Source: Podarcis vaucheri
Lineage: Eukaryota
Length of the DNA stretch: 64,000 nucleotides
Reading direction: 5' to 3' (one strand)
Assembly (NCBI GenBank): GCA_965113315.1
Contig: OZ220364.1
Position 1 is the stretch's first letter, and each line of letters begins with the position of its first letter. The position numbers and the translations under genes were made by a program. Below the pieces are notes generated by a model, which was not told where the DNA came from, did no database searches, and saw only the letters and a list, made by a program, of their open reading frames with translations. Positions 51,810-63,338 of this stretch are shown piece by piece.

Positions 51810-53138
51810 TGACATAAGGCGGCATCAAAAGGATAGAACAGATTAAATAGAACTACAGTACTAATTATCCTAAGCCCTCTACATGTTCTTGCATTCTCCC
51901 AATCAACTCTTCCGCTGTCTTATACCAATTGTTACATCCCACAGCAGCAGGAAAAACATTTACGTTCATACTAAGTCCCAAGGAACAATTTTGGGATTTT
52001 AATTATTTTATTTTATATTTACCAGGGAATGGGAAATAGCCAGCAAATTATTTGATCTAGCTTCCTCTTCAACAAGGAGATGTTTCCTAGGAAGTAAACA
52101 ATGCCACCCTCTTCTTGCTGCTCATCAGTTAACTAGGCACAAGATTAGAGTAGCAGTGAGTTCTACAGAAAAAAAATCTCTGTTTAAACCTGCCATGCAC
52201 CACTCTACAGGAGCTTACATGCAAACTGACAAATCCAGCAAAGCCTGGATTGTGGGAAGCTGGGTGTATTGGGGTGGAGAGCATTTCCTACGAATAAAGT
52301 TTTGACCCAAGGAACAAAATGGGAAGTTGCTGTATCCTGTGGAAAAGAGCAAGAGGAAATCTGCAAGGGTGGAACCAACAAAGGGGAAGATGGCTCTAGA
52401 TAGGATGGGAAGGGCAGCTCCTGCTCCCCCAACACACACAAGGTAAACAAGTCAAATTTGGGACACAGGCATCCTGTTTACAACACAAAGAGCCATCTCT
52501 AGGACTCAATCCTATTATACAATTTAGAGTATACAATTTTTTAAGTGAAGGTACTAATGATGTGCAAATGCCATAAATCACAGCTGGGATACTGTAACTG
52601 AAGCAATCCAGAATTAACTACCTCAGAGTTGCTTAACAATCATTATATTATATATAAACATGAGCCAACACTGTCTAATGGGCAGTGTTACCTCAGACCT
52701 AGCGTGCTCAGGCACAGATACCAAGAACAGACCATGTCCTGTGAGACAACTTCCAAATCAGATTCCTTCCATTTTGACTATTTGACACTTCAGTTAGTCT
52801 AAAATGCAGCTGCCAGACTTCTAAGTGGGACTGACTCAGAGGAACCCAGCTTGAAACTGCTATACTAAAGGCAGATTCATTTCCAAGCACAATTCAAAAT
52901 GCAAGTTCTGCTTACTTTTAAAGCACTATGGTTTGTGACCTGTGGGCACCTTAAGTACCACTTTATATTAAAATGTGCCCATGCACTGAAGTCTTTGCCA
53001 CAGAATATTATAAGGTTGATGATAACCAAAGAGAAGGTATTCTCAGCTATTGCACCATTATCTTTGGAAGCTGTCCCACATGTTCTTGTGGGAATAAATT
53101 AAGTAAGGATTATAAAATTTAAAAGCACCAAAGATATA

Positions 53139-54089
53139 CCGTATTTTGCGCCCCATAAGACGCTCCGGCCTATAAGACGCACCTAGTTTTTTTGGGGGGA
53201 AATAAAGAAAATTTTTTTTATTCCCCCCCCAGGTGCGGGGCTGGAAGAAAAAGGTCGGGGAACAGTGGGAAGGCACGCTCTGCCTCCCCGCTGTCCCCCG
53301 AGCTTGTGGGGCTGGCGATGGAGAGAAGTGCACCAGTCCCGGGACGGCAGGCAGCTCTGTGCCGCCATCCCGAGCGGGGCGGGACTTAGCGCCCCGCTCG
53401 GGATGGGGCGTAGACCTGCCTGCCGTCCCGGGACGGCAGGCAGCTCTGTGCCGCCATCCCGAGCGGGGCGGGACCTAGCGCCCCGCTCGGGATGGGGCGT
53501 AGACCTGCCTGCAGTCCCGGGACGGCAGGCAGCTCTGTGCCGCCATCCCGAGCGGGGCGGGACTTAGCGCCCAGCTCGGGATGGCGGTGCAGAGCTGCGC
53601 TGGTCCCAGGACCGCAGGCAGCTCTGCGCGGCCACCGGGAGCAGGGCGGAGCTTCGCCCCCGGCTCCCGGTGGCCGGGCAGAGCTGCGCTGGTCGCAGGA
53701 CCGCAGGCAGCTCTGCGCGGCCACCGGGAGCGGGGCGGAGCTTCGCCCCCGGCTCCCGGTGGCCGGGCAGAGCTGCGCTGGTCCCAGGACCGCAGGCAGC
53801 TCTGCGCGGCCACCGGGAGTGGGGCGGAGCTTTGCCCCCGGCTCCCGGTGGCCGCGCAGAGCTGCGCTGGTCCCGGGATTGCAGGCAGCTCTGCGCAACC
53901 CTTGGAGCCGGTCTCCCGAGGGTTGCGCAGAGCTTCCTGAAGCCTGGAGAGCGAGAGGGGTCGGTACGCACCGACCCCCCTCGCTCTCCAGACTTCAGCG
54001 AAAGCCTGCATTCGCCCCATAAGACGCAGGCACATTTCCCCTTCATTTTTGGAGGGGAAAAAGTGCGTCTTATGGGGCGAAAAATACGG
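53139..54089. mobile_element. Non-autonomous Tc1/mariner (pogo/Tigger-like) DNA transposon with an internal GC-rich hairpin array
   Basis: 25-bp TIRs ccgtatttt(g/t)cgccccataagacgc with 1 mismatch and TA on both flanks. Extra internal copies of ataagacgca near 53172 and 54019. Confidence 0.9.
53336..53940. repeat. 89-bp tandem repeat, 6 full units plus 1 shortened unit, each an internal inverted repeat
   Basis: Unit starts (gtcccggga / gtcccagga / gtcgcagga) at 53336, 53425, 53514, 53603, 53692, 53781 and 53870, an exact 89-bp period. Confidence 0.95.
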
Positions 54090-57000
54090 TAATAGGATGA
54101 TCCTATCACAAGGAAATTGGGCCCTTTGTATAGCCTAACTGCAATTGTATTTTCAAAAACATATGCTCTTGCTGCAGTAAGTCTCTCTGACAACCGAGTG
54201 GTGAGCAATGCTGAAATTAAAGTCATAATTTAAAATTAATTTCAAGTCTGTAGCCGTCAACGGTACTTGTGAGCCTACTGACAATGCAATTTTTTTAATC
54301 CTAGAAGCCCCAGAAGTCAATTGTCTAGAATTTTTCTGGAACTAATTATTAACTTTTATGAATATAAAAGATATATAAGTATTGAGAGTTCTCCTGCTGC
54401 ACTCTGCTTGGTATTATGACTCATTAGATAAGATTTGCTACCACCTGCATACTTCCGCTTAAGATTAGACCCTTTCCAAAACACATGATTTAGAAAGACA
54501 CTAATTCATGGACTTGATTGTGCCATATGTTAAAGCAGCTGAATAGCTTACTTTATGCTATCATCATTATCAGTTCTGACCTCAGGAGTGCTCTCATATG
54601 AGTAAAGAAGAAACCACAACCTCAGAAGTACTTAACAGAACATAAACCCCCAGTGTGAGTGATGCAGGACTGCTAGGTTGTGGCATTCTTTGCTGAAACG
54701 GGGCACAGTATGAAGACGAAATGCGCCCTGCAAAGACTGAACCCCCCCCCCCCAGTACCTACTCACTAACACTAGAAACGTTCGCTCAGGATAGCTGCTG
54801 TATTCCAGTCCAATATGGACTCTTAGCTGCATTGCTGTGGCCAGGGTTGTTTTGTTTTTGCTGTGCTTTTCTTAGAGCAGTTTTGTGGCATATGTGGCTT
54901 TTATGTAAAGAAAAACCAACAACGAAGATGGCCTGTGCACTCAGTGACTCAGTCCACATGTGAACAGGAAAGGAAGGGAGCTGGAGAGAGGAAGAGACAA
55001 AACCTCAAGTAAAAGAAAAAAAAAGGGGGGGGGACTTGCATTGGTCAAAGGATTTAAGGTTTAGAACTAAAGGATGACTGCTATTCTCAACACTTCTCTA
55101 GTGTCCTCAGGGTTCAACAGATTTTCATAAAAAGTGCCAGCAACATAAAATCCATGCCAATTCCAGGGTTCTGCCCCTGTTGATACCACAGTGTTGAGCA
55201 AAGAATCATGGGGCTTAATTACTACTAAAATAAGCAGCATAAGAAGACGCCTGTTGGGTCATACCAAATGTCTATCTAGAAGACTAAAGAACATTTCCAG
55301 TTGTGCATTCATCCCCTGTCAAGCTGCACTTTTGGGGCTCACTGCAGGGTTTCTAAACTCATCTTGTCTATCCTGTGGAGGTCAGAAAGATACATATATT
55401 CCCCCTGGACCTGAGTGGAAACTCACCAGTGGAACTTTACAATACTGTACCAAACTTCACACCAAGGCTATGGAAGGGTAAAGGGCCTTCAGTCCCCATT
55501 AGACCTTGCAAACCACATCATGCTTAACACATATTAATGGGTTTGTAGTTGCTAATTTCACATCACAGGTCTGAGGGGTTGTTAGATCAGTATCTTGGAT
55601 CATCTGCCAACTCCCACATGCCTTTCCATTCCTCCCTCCTACCATTCCCTTCACATGATGCAGACTAACTGTATTTCAACCCTGCTTTATCATACTTAAT
55701 CAGAGGTGACTAACATTTCCTAATCAACAATGTACCCCAAGATGCCTACAGCTTCTACTTTGTCTTCATCATCTGTTGGTCATGCTCATGAAAACCTCAA
55801 GAAGAGCTTATTTAACTGTTGATCTCACTGACTCATTTCTCACCATCCAAGTAACTCAAGAAAACGCCACTCAGACCTAAGACAGAATGAAAACAGCACC
55901 TCATCTACAAAAGAACACTTTATATTTGGGCTCTACACCCCTCTATGTAAGGCTCTGAGTAGTTGTCACCCTGCAGACAACAGGCCCAGACTCTTTGGAT
56001 GCAACTTGCACCTAGGTGTCCACCCCCACACCTGCTTTGAATCCTCAGGCAGGCTCAGCTGCTCCTGGTTACACAATAATAACTAGGCTGCCTTTTTTCT
56101 TGGCATACTGGAAACGAGCATCTGGTAGCATGAAGGCAAGGCTAGAAAGAGAAAATGCTTTGAAGGAACTGATTTTTCTGCAGCACCCCTCCTCCATAGT
56201 AATAAAAGAGATCCACTCTTAATATGGTGCCAGTCTGCATCTTCATAGTGCTAATGTCTTTAAGGGAAATTTAACAAGAACACTCACTTCTTTGTTAGGC
56301 AGTCATATGTATACTTCATCCTATCAGAGACTTGTCTAAAGGCTAAGTGCATTTCAACATCACAAAATTGCTTTTATCTTTTTATAAAAAGCAAGATATC
56401 AGGCTACTAAAATTAGCTTTAAGGAATTAAGAACTGGTTTTTCTGGTTCTGGGATCTCTCTTATTTAGATCTCTGGACAATGCTCTTTGCCAGATGAAAC
56501 AAGCAGGTTCCCATTTCAGATATTGTCCCAAACAACTTATTGGCATGGATTTGATAAATAAGCTACATTTCAGTTCCCCAGCATGCACTGCCAGTAACAA
56601 GGTCAAGGTTTTTTTGACTGATTCCTTGCTTAAGCTGGGATGCTCAGTCTAAAATGTGTGAGACACCACATATTTTGATCCAAACACTCAAGAGAATAAG
56701 AAAGCAGCTCTAAAAGCAGTTCCCTGATAACTAGACCAAAGCTAGAGGAATCATTTTTGTTACTCTCATTTGGTGGCAGCACATAAAGGATATTGTCATC
56801 ACAAGCAAAACTCATCATACTTTAACCCACATGAGTGAAAAGTTTATAACCAGTTGGCTATGTTGGTCTTTGCACCGATACACACACTAGGGCTTGGCCC
56901 ATGTAAAATTAAAATGGATGATAGTTATTTCCGCTGTCTTGTCATCGCATTGTAGCACCATGTGGTAATCTCATCTTGTCCCCAAGTGACCATTCATTCA

Positions 57001-57949
57001 TTATTCTCAAATGAAGCTTGTTAAACTGCCATGACGCCGGATGTAGACCCCTTTTAAGACATAATCCCACACCTGTCATTACTATTAGTCCTCCTCCCAA
57101 AAGGACTCTTTTCCCATGATATCTGGGGCAACCACATGAAAGAGAAGAACAATTTTGCTAGCATGGAATGGCAAAAAACCCAAGCTCACCCCTTTTCAAT
57201 TTGTTGTCATACACATGCTAATATGGTGGAAAATACAAGTAGTCAGAAAAAGAGAGAAACAATACACTCATCCAGGAAGGACAAACTGCATAGTACCATC
57301 AAAGGCAGTGCCAACCTACACCTCTGTGTATTCATGTTGCTCTCATCTCATACTGTACTAAAGAGATCCAGTGCCCTCTCAATGAAGCTCTGCCTACATC
57401 AACACTCTACATAAGCACTTTCTCCTTTCCTTGCTCAAAAGTAAGTTTGTGCTCAGGTTTGGAGCCCCACCCTACAAATAACACAATTGTGCTCCCTGCT
57501 GTTCACCGCAATCCCTGGACCCATAAACCAGCTACCTACCCAAATGCTACTGCATGCAACCTAAATGTCCCCCTCTCCCCCAACTGTCCTGTACTCTCGA
57601 CTATGTCTTTGGCTCCTAAACAGTGAACAGACATAACTGGTTCCGTTTTCGAGCTAACTTCAGGGAGACAGAAAAATGAAGGGATTTCTCCTGCTCGGTT
57701 CCTCCCAACCCTCCAGCCTGCTCTCCAGGGAAGTTCCAAACAGGAACTCATTCTCACTGTTATTAACCGCTGCTGGTTTCGCGTTTGACCAAAGGTACCT
57801 TTCACCCGCTTTCGGTTTATGGAAAACCTTATGCTTTTGGGGGGGGGGGGGCGAGACAGAGACAGAAGTGGGCTGGTCGGAAATGCTATGCCTTTCTTCC
57901 TTCCTCTCCCCCCGCCAACCCCTATGGATTTGGGAGCTTGGGAAGGAGA

Positions 57950-58920
57950 TCCTAACACCGCGTGGGATTCCATCCCGTCCACACAGCGAGATGTAAGCTG
58001 GGATATAGCGCGGCGCATTTTTGCATTAGAGCCGCCTGGAGACTGACGGGGGGGGGGGGCTTGCCTCACCTTCTTCTCCTTGTGGGGCTTTCGGATGAAG
58101 GAGGTTCGGGCTGTGAAGTACTGCTCTAGCTCGGAGTCCGAGTCCTCTTGGCTGCAGTAGCCGCTGCTGGTGGTGCTGCTCCAGGTCATCTCGAAGGACG
58201 GGGTGGTGGCCGCCGCGTCACCCTCGCCCATGCCCAGCTTAGGCTTCTCCTCCACTTCCTCTCGCTCCCTTTGCTTCTTCACGAGAAGACCCGAAGATCC
58301 CCGCCCCGCCGCCGCCACACACCAGCGGACCAAACAAACCCAAGCCGTCTGCGTGCCCAGAAACCCGGCAGAGCTGGGGAGGAGCAGCGCGGCTTCTCTC
58401 CGTAGAAACTGCCTCCCGACGGGAGGAGGGAACGATAATAAACGCCTCAACAGCGCCTAGAAGGGGCAGCCCGCGTCCGTTGGTCGCCTGCGAACCCCTC
58501 TTTCAAGCACTGAAGCCACGCCGGCCGAGAGCCGCCTTATGGAAGTTCCCCGCCTTCTGCCGGGCGAGGGCTGCTCGAGTGGCAACAGACTCCCGAGCTC
58601 CCTTTGGAGGCGGAGACGCCTCCTCTCCCTCCCTCTCCTGGCAGCCGTTGGGATTGAAACGTATACAGCCCCCGCACGCGCGCGCCTCATTGGACGGAGG
58701 GAGGGGACGCTGACGTGGGAGAAGCCCCCCTTCCCATCGCGGGCGAAAAGCTCGGCCCCGCCCTTTCCCTCTTCTGCGGGAGCGGCCCGTGCAGTGATTT
58801 CATCCCCAAGCCAGCCACGCGGGAAGTGGAGTCACGCTTACTGGCTTTCCTCTCCCCGCTCGGCGCGCCTTTCAAGTCCTCCCGGAATAGCAACACCCTA
58901 GAGCCGCCCTCAACTTAACC
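57950..58920 (-). promoter_or_regulatory. CpG island / RASSF1C promoter
   Basis: Dense CpG and high GC around exon 2-gamma. CCAAT on the minus strand (attgg 58689-58693), CRE half-site TGACGT near 58711, GC box ccccgccc near 58756, and a CG-repeat tract near 58675-58685. Confidence 0.85.
58070..58231 (-). CDS. RASSF1: RASSF1 exon 2-gamma, first coding exon of RASSF1C (join 58231-58070, 47207-47103, 46499-46202, 45426-45311, 43853-43707 = 275 aa)
   Basis: MGEGDAAATTPSFEMTWSSTTSSGYCSQEDSDSELEQYFTARTSFIRKPHKEKK matches the RASSF1C N-terminus, including the SSGYCS motif. Kozak ggcATGG, donor AAG|gtgag, 162 nt, inside a CpG island. Confidence 0.96.
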
Positions 58921-59404
58921 TTCGGCAGCCCCCCCCCAATAAAAAACCCCAAAAAAGAAAAGTTTCAAGGGTTGCGGTATGCATTCCCGGCAATTCCTTC
59001 CAAGTATACTGTATATATTGTTTAGGATAGGCAGGTTTGGTCGGCTGTATTTGTAAACCTACTCGGACGTAGGTCCCGCAGAAACATTTTAAGAACTGGG
59101 TTGTTCATTTAAAAGGCAAAAACGCAGTTTCCTGTTTGGTTGGGCTGCTCCACTTTTTTTGGGGGGGGGGGGCGCAGGGACAGGGATGTGCAGCTGCCAG
59201 AGATTCTGCATGTAAGCCTCACGCAAATCTCTAGACTTGGAAGAATAAAACTTCTTGGATTTCTGCCTTGTGGGCAGCTATTAGGGCACAGAAATTTGCC
59301 ATAGTAAGAGATGGCTGTCACAAAGACTTTGGAGTGAAGTGTTCCTATTAGTTCTAGACAGGACTAGAACTAAAACGACAATTATAAAGACTACAGTGAC
59401 TACC

Positions 59405-59645
59405 TATCTTCTTTCAAAGGCATGGGCAAATAAAAAGGTCTTCAAATTCCACAGGAACATGGCCAGGGAAGAAGACTGTCTGATCTCCAGCAGGGAGTCC
59501 CAGAGACAGGTTGCTTTACAGAGAAAGTCCTCTCTGACATTGGACTTCCATGCTACCTTCATAGTATATGAGAATGACCTCTCCTCTGATTGTAAACTGC
59601 ACATTGGATTATCTAAAGTAAGGTATTCCTTCAAGGATTTGTGAC
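59405..59645 (-). mobile_element. L2 LINE ORF2 C-terminal fragment
   Basis: LKEYL...ATCLWDSLLEIRQSSSLAMFLWNLKTFLFAHAF. Confidence 0.75.
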
Positions 59646-60157
59646 AGGTACAACAATATCTGGAGGGCCACAGATTCTCCACTTTAAGACACAGAGAAAG
59701 GCAGAAATTCAATCACATGTTCCTTATACTAGCCAGATTAGAAATATTCTAAATTTCCCAGAGTCACGTGTGCAGACATCACTACAGTCACACGTAGAGA
59801 ACATATCTGTTATGTATTGAGTTTAGCAGAATTCTAAAAAACAAAGTACAAGCCTATGGCCTCCACCTAGGAACTTTCTCAGATCATTTTCACTACGGAA
59901 GAGCTCTCAGGTTGATGGGGCACTGCCTCATAACATATTTAGTACATGAGTTAATCTAGTCTTGTTTAACTTTATTTTTGATCCTTTAATCTTTGTTGCT
60001 TAGAGTATTTAGTTCTGTAAGTCTGGTAATCTCTCGCCACCCCTTTGCTGTTCTAGACCTAAACAGATAGCATGAATAGCACACCTCCAGGCATTTCTGG
60101 TCATAACATATAAATGAGGGAGGGAAATCCCTTAACAATATATGTTAAGACACCTTT

Positions 60158-60386
60158 GCCAAATTACAAGAAAGAAGATTCTGACTAAACATCAGGGAGA
60201 ACTTTCTGATGGTAAGAGCTGCTCAACAGTGGAACGGATTCCCTTGGAAGATGGTGGATTCTCCTTCATTGGAGGTTATTAAGCAGAGGCTGGATTGCCA
60301 TCTGTCATGGATGCTTTAGTTGAGATTCATGCATTGCAAGGAGTTGGACTAGATGAATCTCAAGGTCCTTTCCAACTCTATGATTG
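60158..60386 (+). mobile_element. CR1 LINE 3' end
   Basis: Contains ORF2-end-like sequence (cagtggaacggattccc...tggattctccttcattggagg) and the tail ttggactagatga...ccttt ccaactctatgatt. Confidence 0.85.
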
Positions 60387-61846
60387 TATTAAGAGGTCAA
60401 CGAGATGGAAGAACATTGAAGAGATGCCACTTTGAGCCAAAAATCAGGGATTCCTCCCCCACCCAATTCCCTTGTACATGCACGCCTGTCTGTTTCTGTC
60501 TGTCCTGGGAATAGCTTGCAAAAGCTGTTGCTAAGCAATGTGGTTCCATGGCAGAAGTGTTTAGTCCAGCACGTGGCAAAATGTTAATTGGCAACGAGCA
60601 ATGCCAGCTGGGCTGATGGCCTTGCATCTCTAAGTACCTGCCCTTTCAGCCCTCCCTGCCCCTGGGACATGTTAGCAGCATCTAGCCCCAGCTGCAGCAA
60701 GCAGCTCTGCCAATAACAGGATGGAATTGGATCTGTCAGAACCATGATGAAATCTGTGGACCCCTCCCTTCTTCTGCTAAATCTTGTCTTGTTTTGAAAA
60801 TGCAAGCTGATGGCTGCATTTATCGAGAGGTACCAGAGGCTTCCCACATATGGCAGCAGCAAAATTCTCTTAAGCAGGTAAGACAGCCAGGGATAAACCT
60901 TCCATAATTTATAATATGCCTAGTGCTATGCTAAATATGAGTGAAGATAAGAGAAAACCTAGCCATGTGAAGGAACAGAAGTGAGTGTAGGGAGCTCCTG
61001 AACATCTTAGGATTTTCACACTTGTATACTGCATCAAAAATCCACTCTCTGTGTGTGTCTCTTCCTGCCTCATTACAAGCAGCTGCAATCTGAAGGGTAA
61101 TCTGCAACATGTTTAGTTATCAGTTGAAAACCATCAAAAAGGACCCCTGATTTTAATAAGCTTGTCTGCAAACACTATCCTTTCAGACATATTCCTATAT
61201 ACATTTTGGGGAGCACCAGACAAATATCGCACCAAGTCTGGCAAATCTATGAGTCCCAAGAACAAAAGGTATTAATGGAACACAGGTGGGGAACTTCAGG
61301 CCCAGGGGCCAAATACAGGACCCCTGGAAATCTCACTTGGCCACATACCCTCCACACACCACGCCCTTCACTGGCACTAATCTGCATCCTCCTTGCGTGC
61401 TTTTGCTAGGCTAGAATGTGTCCTTGCAGTGTAATAATGCACCTTGCTTGTCTGGATGGAGAGGGGTGTGCCCATGCCTGAATTTTGCATGGCTGGAATG
61501 GAGCCTACTGTACAATGGAGAAGTCACATTTATTGCCCCACTGACTTCTTGCTGCTAAGCCCTGTCTACCAGCGGTGCACAGCCCCTGGGATGCTGCACA
61601 AGGAGGGAATGCAGCCCTTGAGCCAAAAGAAGTTCCTCACCCACTATAAAAACAAAGGAAGTATAGTTTGTAGTTCTGGCTATTCCAGCCTCAAAATGAC
61701 ATCTAGTGTGTTAATTTGGTACAAAAGTTACAAATGAACATAAAAACCGCCTTGCCAAGTCAGCAAATAGTGTCTCCCCTACCCCAAAACCACGGTTCCT
61801 AGTACCAAGGCCAGCCAAGTTATTCTTGAACTTCTCCATCTCTCCA

Positions 61847-61894
61847 ACATACATACATACATACATACATACATACATACATACATACATACAT
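61847..61894. repeat. (ACAT)12 microsatellite
   Basis: Direct reading. Confidence 0.95.
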
Positions 61895-62079
61895 GTTTGC
61901 TGCTCTTTCATGACACCCCATATCAGCTGCCTATGACAGTCACCTCATAATGCCTAATGGTTGGGCTGGCACAATTTGCGTGAGCATTCAAGTTATTGTA
62001 AAGGAGTGTTTCCGGCTATTCCAGATGTATTTTCTTCAGTGCAAAGAAGCTCTTTGCATTATTACAGCCCCATGTATGA

Positions 62080-62673
62080 TAGGGTTGCCATATTCCAAAG
62101 ACCAAAAATCCGGATGCCCCACCACATTCGGAGGACCCCACCACCACCCCGCATCTCCATCGCTCAACCCCCTCCCCGCCGCTGACCCCTTCTTTGCTCC
62201 CCTGCTCGCCCCCTCATTCCATCCCCTCTTGTACCTTCGCTGTCTTTGGCCTCCTGCTCTCTTTTCACCTGGGCACTCCTCCTGGAAAGCCAGGCCAGCC
62301 TTCCCCAGGCTGCAGTTGGCCTTTGCCACCTCTGGAAAAGCAGTACAGGCCGGCCTTCCACAGGCTGTGGCTGGCCTCCACTGCCTCTGGAGAAGTGGTG
62401 CAGGCCAGGTGCTTCAGTGGCCGCGGGGCCTGCAGGGGCTCCAGCCTGGAGGCCACTAAGGAGAGTCGTAAACATGGCCGCCAGAAGTAACAGCGCCATG
62501 GCTACCCCTTCCTTTCGTGACAGCACAGCTGCTCAGCCAGTGCCCTCAGCGCACCAAAAACAAAAAACACAACTCCAGACTTTTTTTAAAAAATTAAAAA
62601 ATCATCCTGGACAGTGATCTCACCCTTGAAATTCCAGGCATGTCTTGGAAATTCCGGACGTATGGCAACCCTA
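62080..62673. mobile_element. hAT (Blackjack-like) non-autonomous element
   Basis: TIR tagggttgccata / tatggcaacccta; degenerate 8-bp TSD atgtatga / gtatatga; subterminal tccgga motifs; internal duplication of about 55 bp near 62291-62400. Confidence 0.75.
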
Positions 62674-62700
62674 GTATATGACTCACAGCTATTTTCTTAC

Positions 62701-62825
62701 CACATTGGTGTCTTTTTCTACTGTCTGCTCGTTGCCTTCATTCTGTTCACTGTCTTCATATCTGGGGCCACTGCAGTCTAGCCGGATAAGGGTGCGGCAT
62801 CGGTAATGACAGATGAACTTACAGT
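62701..62825 (-). CDS. RASSF1: RASSF1 exon 2-alpha/beta (RASSF1A-specific; C-terminal half of C1/DAG-binding zinc finger). Exon 1-alpha is outside the window
   Basis: Translates xCKFICHYRCRTLIRLDCSGPRYEDSEQNEGNEQTVEKDTNV, matching human HCKFTCHYRCRALVCLDC...VERDTNV. Acceptor ttccttag|AC, donor GTG|gtaag; 125 nt ending in phase 0, compatible with exon 3. Confidence 0.95.
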
Positions 62826-63146
62826 CTAAGGAAAATAAAAAGAAGACAATCCATAAGGCAAGGGGGGACAAAGCTCAGGAAATAAAGGAACCCACAAGTT
62901 TAGTCTGCACAAAGAAACGCACGACATGTCAGATCTCCAGTGTGTGTGGGAGAGCAAATAGGCTATTGCTGCACATCACACAACTTTTGCAGGTATGATT
63001 AAGCAGGAAGGGGTGGGAGGAGATGGTACTCAAATCTCAGTAGCAATATGTCAATTAGGTCTCAAACTGCTCAGGATCTCCTTTTTCCTAATTCTCAGGA
63101 AAAGGCTTACTCTAAGGACTGAAATACATTGTGAGATAGGCTAGTA

Positions 63147-63338
63147 CAGTGGTACTTTGAATGCCAAACATAATCCGTTCCGGAAGACTGTTCGATTTCC
63201 GAAACCTTCGACAACCGAAGTGCAAAGTTAATGGAGAAAATTGAAAAAAAACCTCAGCAGAAGCCGTTTGACTTCTGAGGCGCGTTCAAAAACTGAAATG
63301 TTTGACTTCTAATACGCTCGAAAACTGAGGTACCACTG
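63147..63338. mobile_element. Tc1/mariner MITE in RASSF1A intron 1
   Basis: TIR cagtggtac / gtaccactg with TA flanks; internal ttcga-type repeats. Confidence 0.8.

Noticed and set aside
53336-53940. CRISPR-like appearance (regular period, palindromic units)
   Set aside because: Vertebrate intron, no cas genes and no unique spacers: adjacent units are near-identical over their full length.
53183-54226. Many overlapping 60-220 aa ORFs with repeated peptides (CRHPERGGT, AQSCL...)
   Set aside because: They are a by-product of the stop-poor, GC-rich 89-bp repeat. The period is not a multiple of 3 and there are no transposase motifs.
57536-58450. 304-aa ORF spanning RASSF1C exon 2-gamma
   Set aside because: Only 58070-58231 is RASSF1-like. 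The ORF starts at a TTG, the real ATG has a strong Kozak context, and a canonical donor follows; the rest is GC-rich UTR or intron that is open by chance.
58460-58945. Possible antisense lncRNA from the RASSF1C island, analogous to human RASSF1-AS1
   Set aside because: Nothing in the sequence distinguishes this from an ordinary CpG promoter; it needs stranded RNA-seq.
61950-62617. ORFs of 100-170 aa next to exon 2-alpha/beta
   Set aside because: They lie within the GC-rich interior of the hAT element and show no transposase or host protein motifs.
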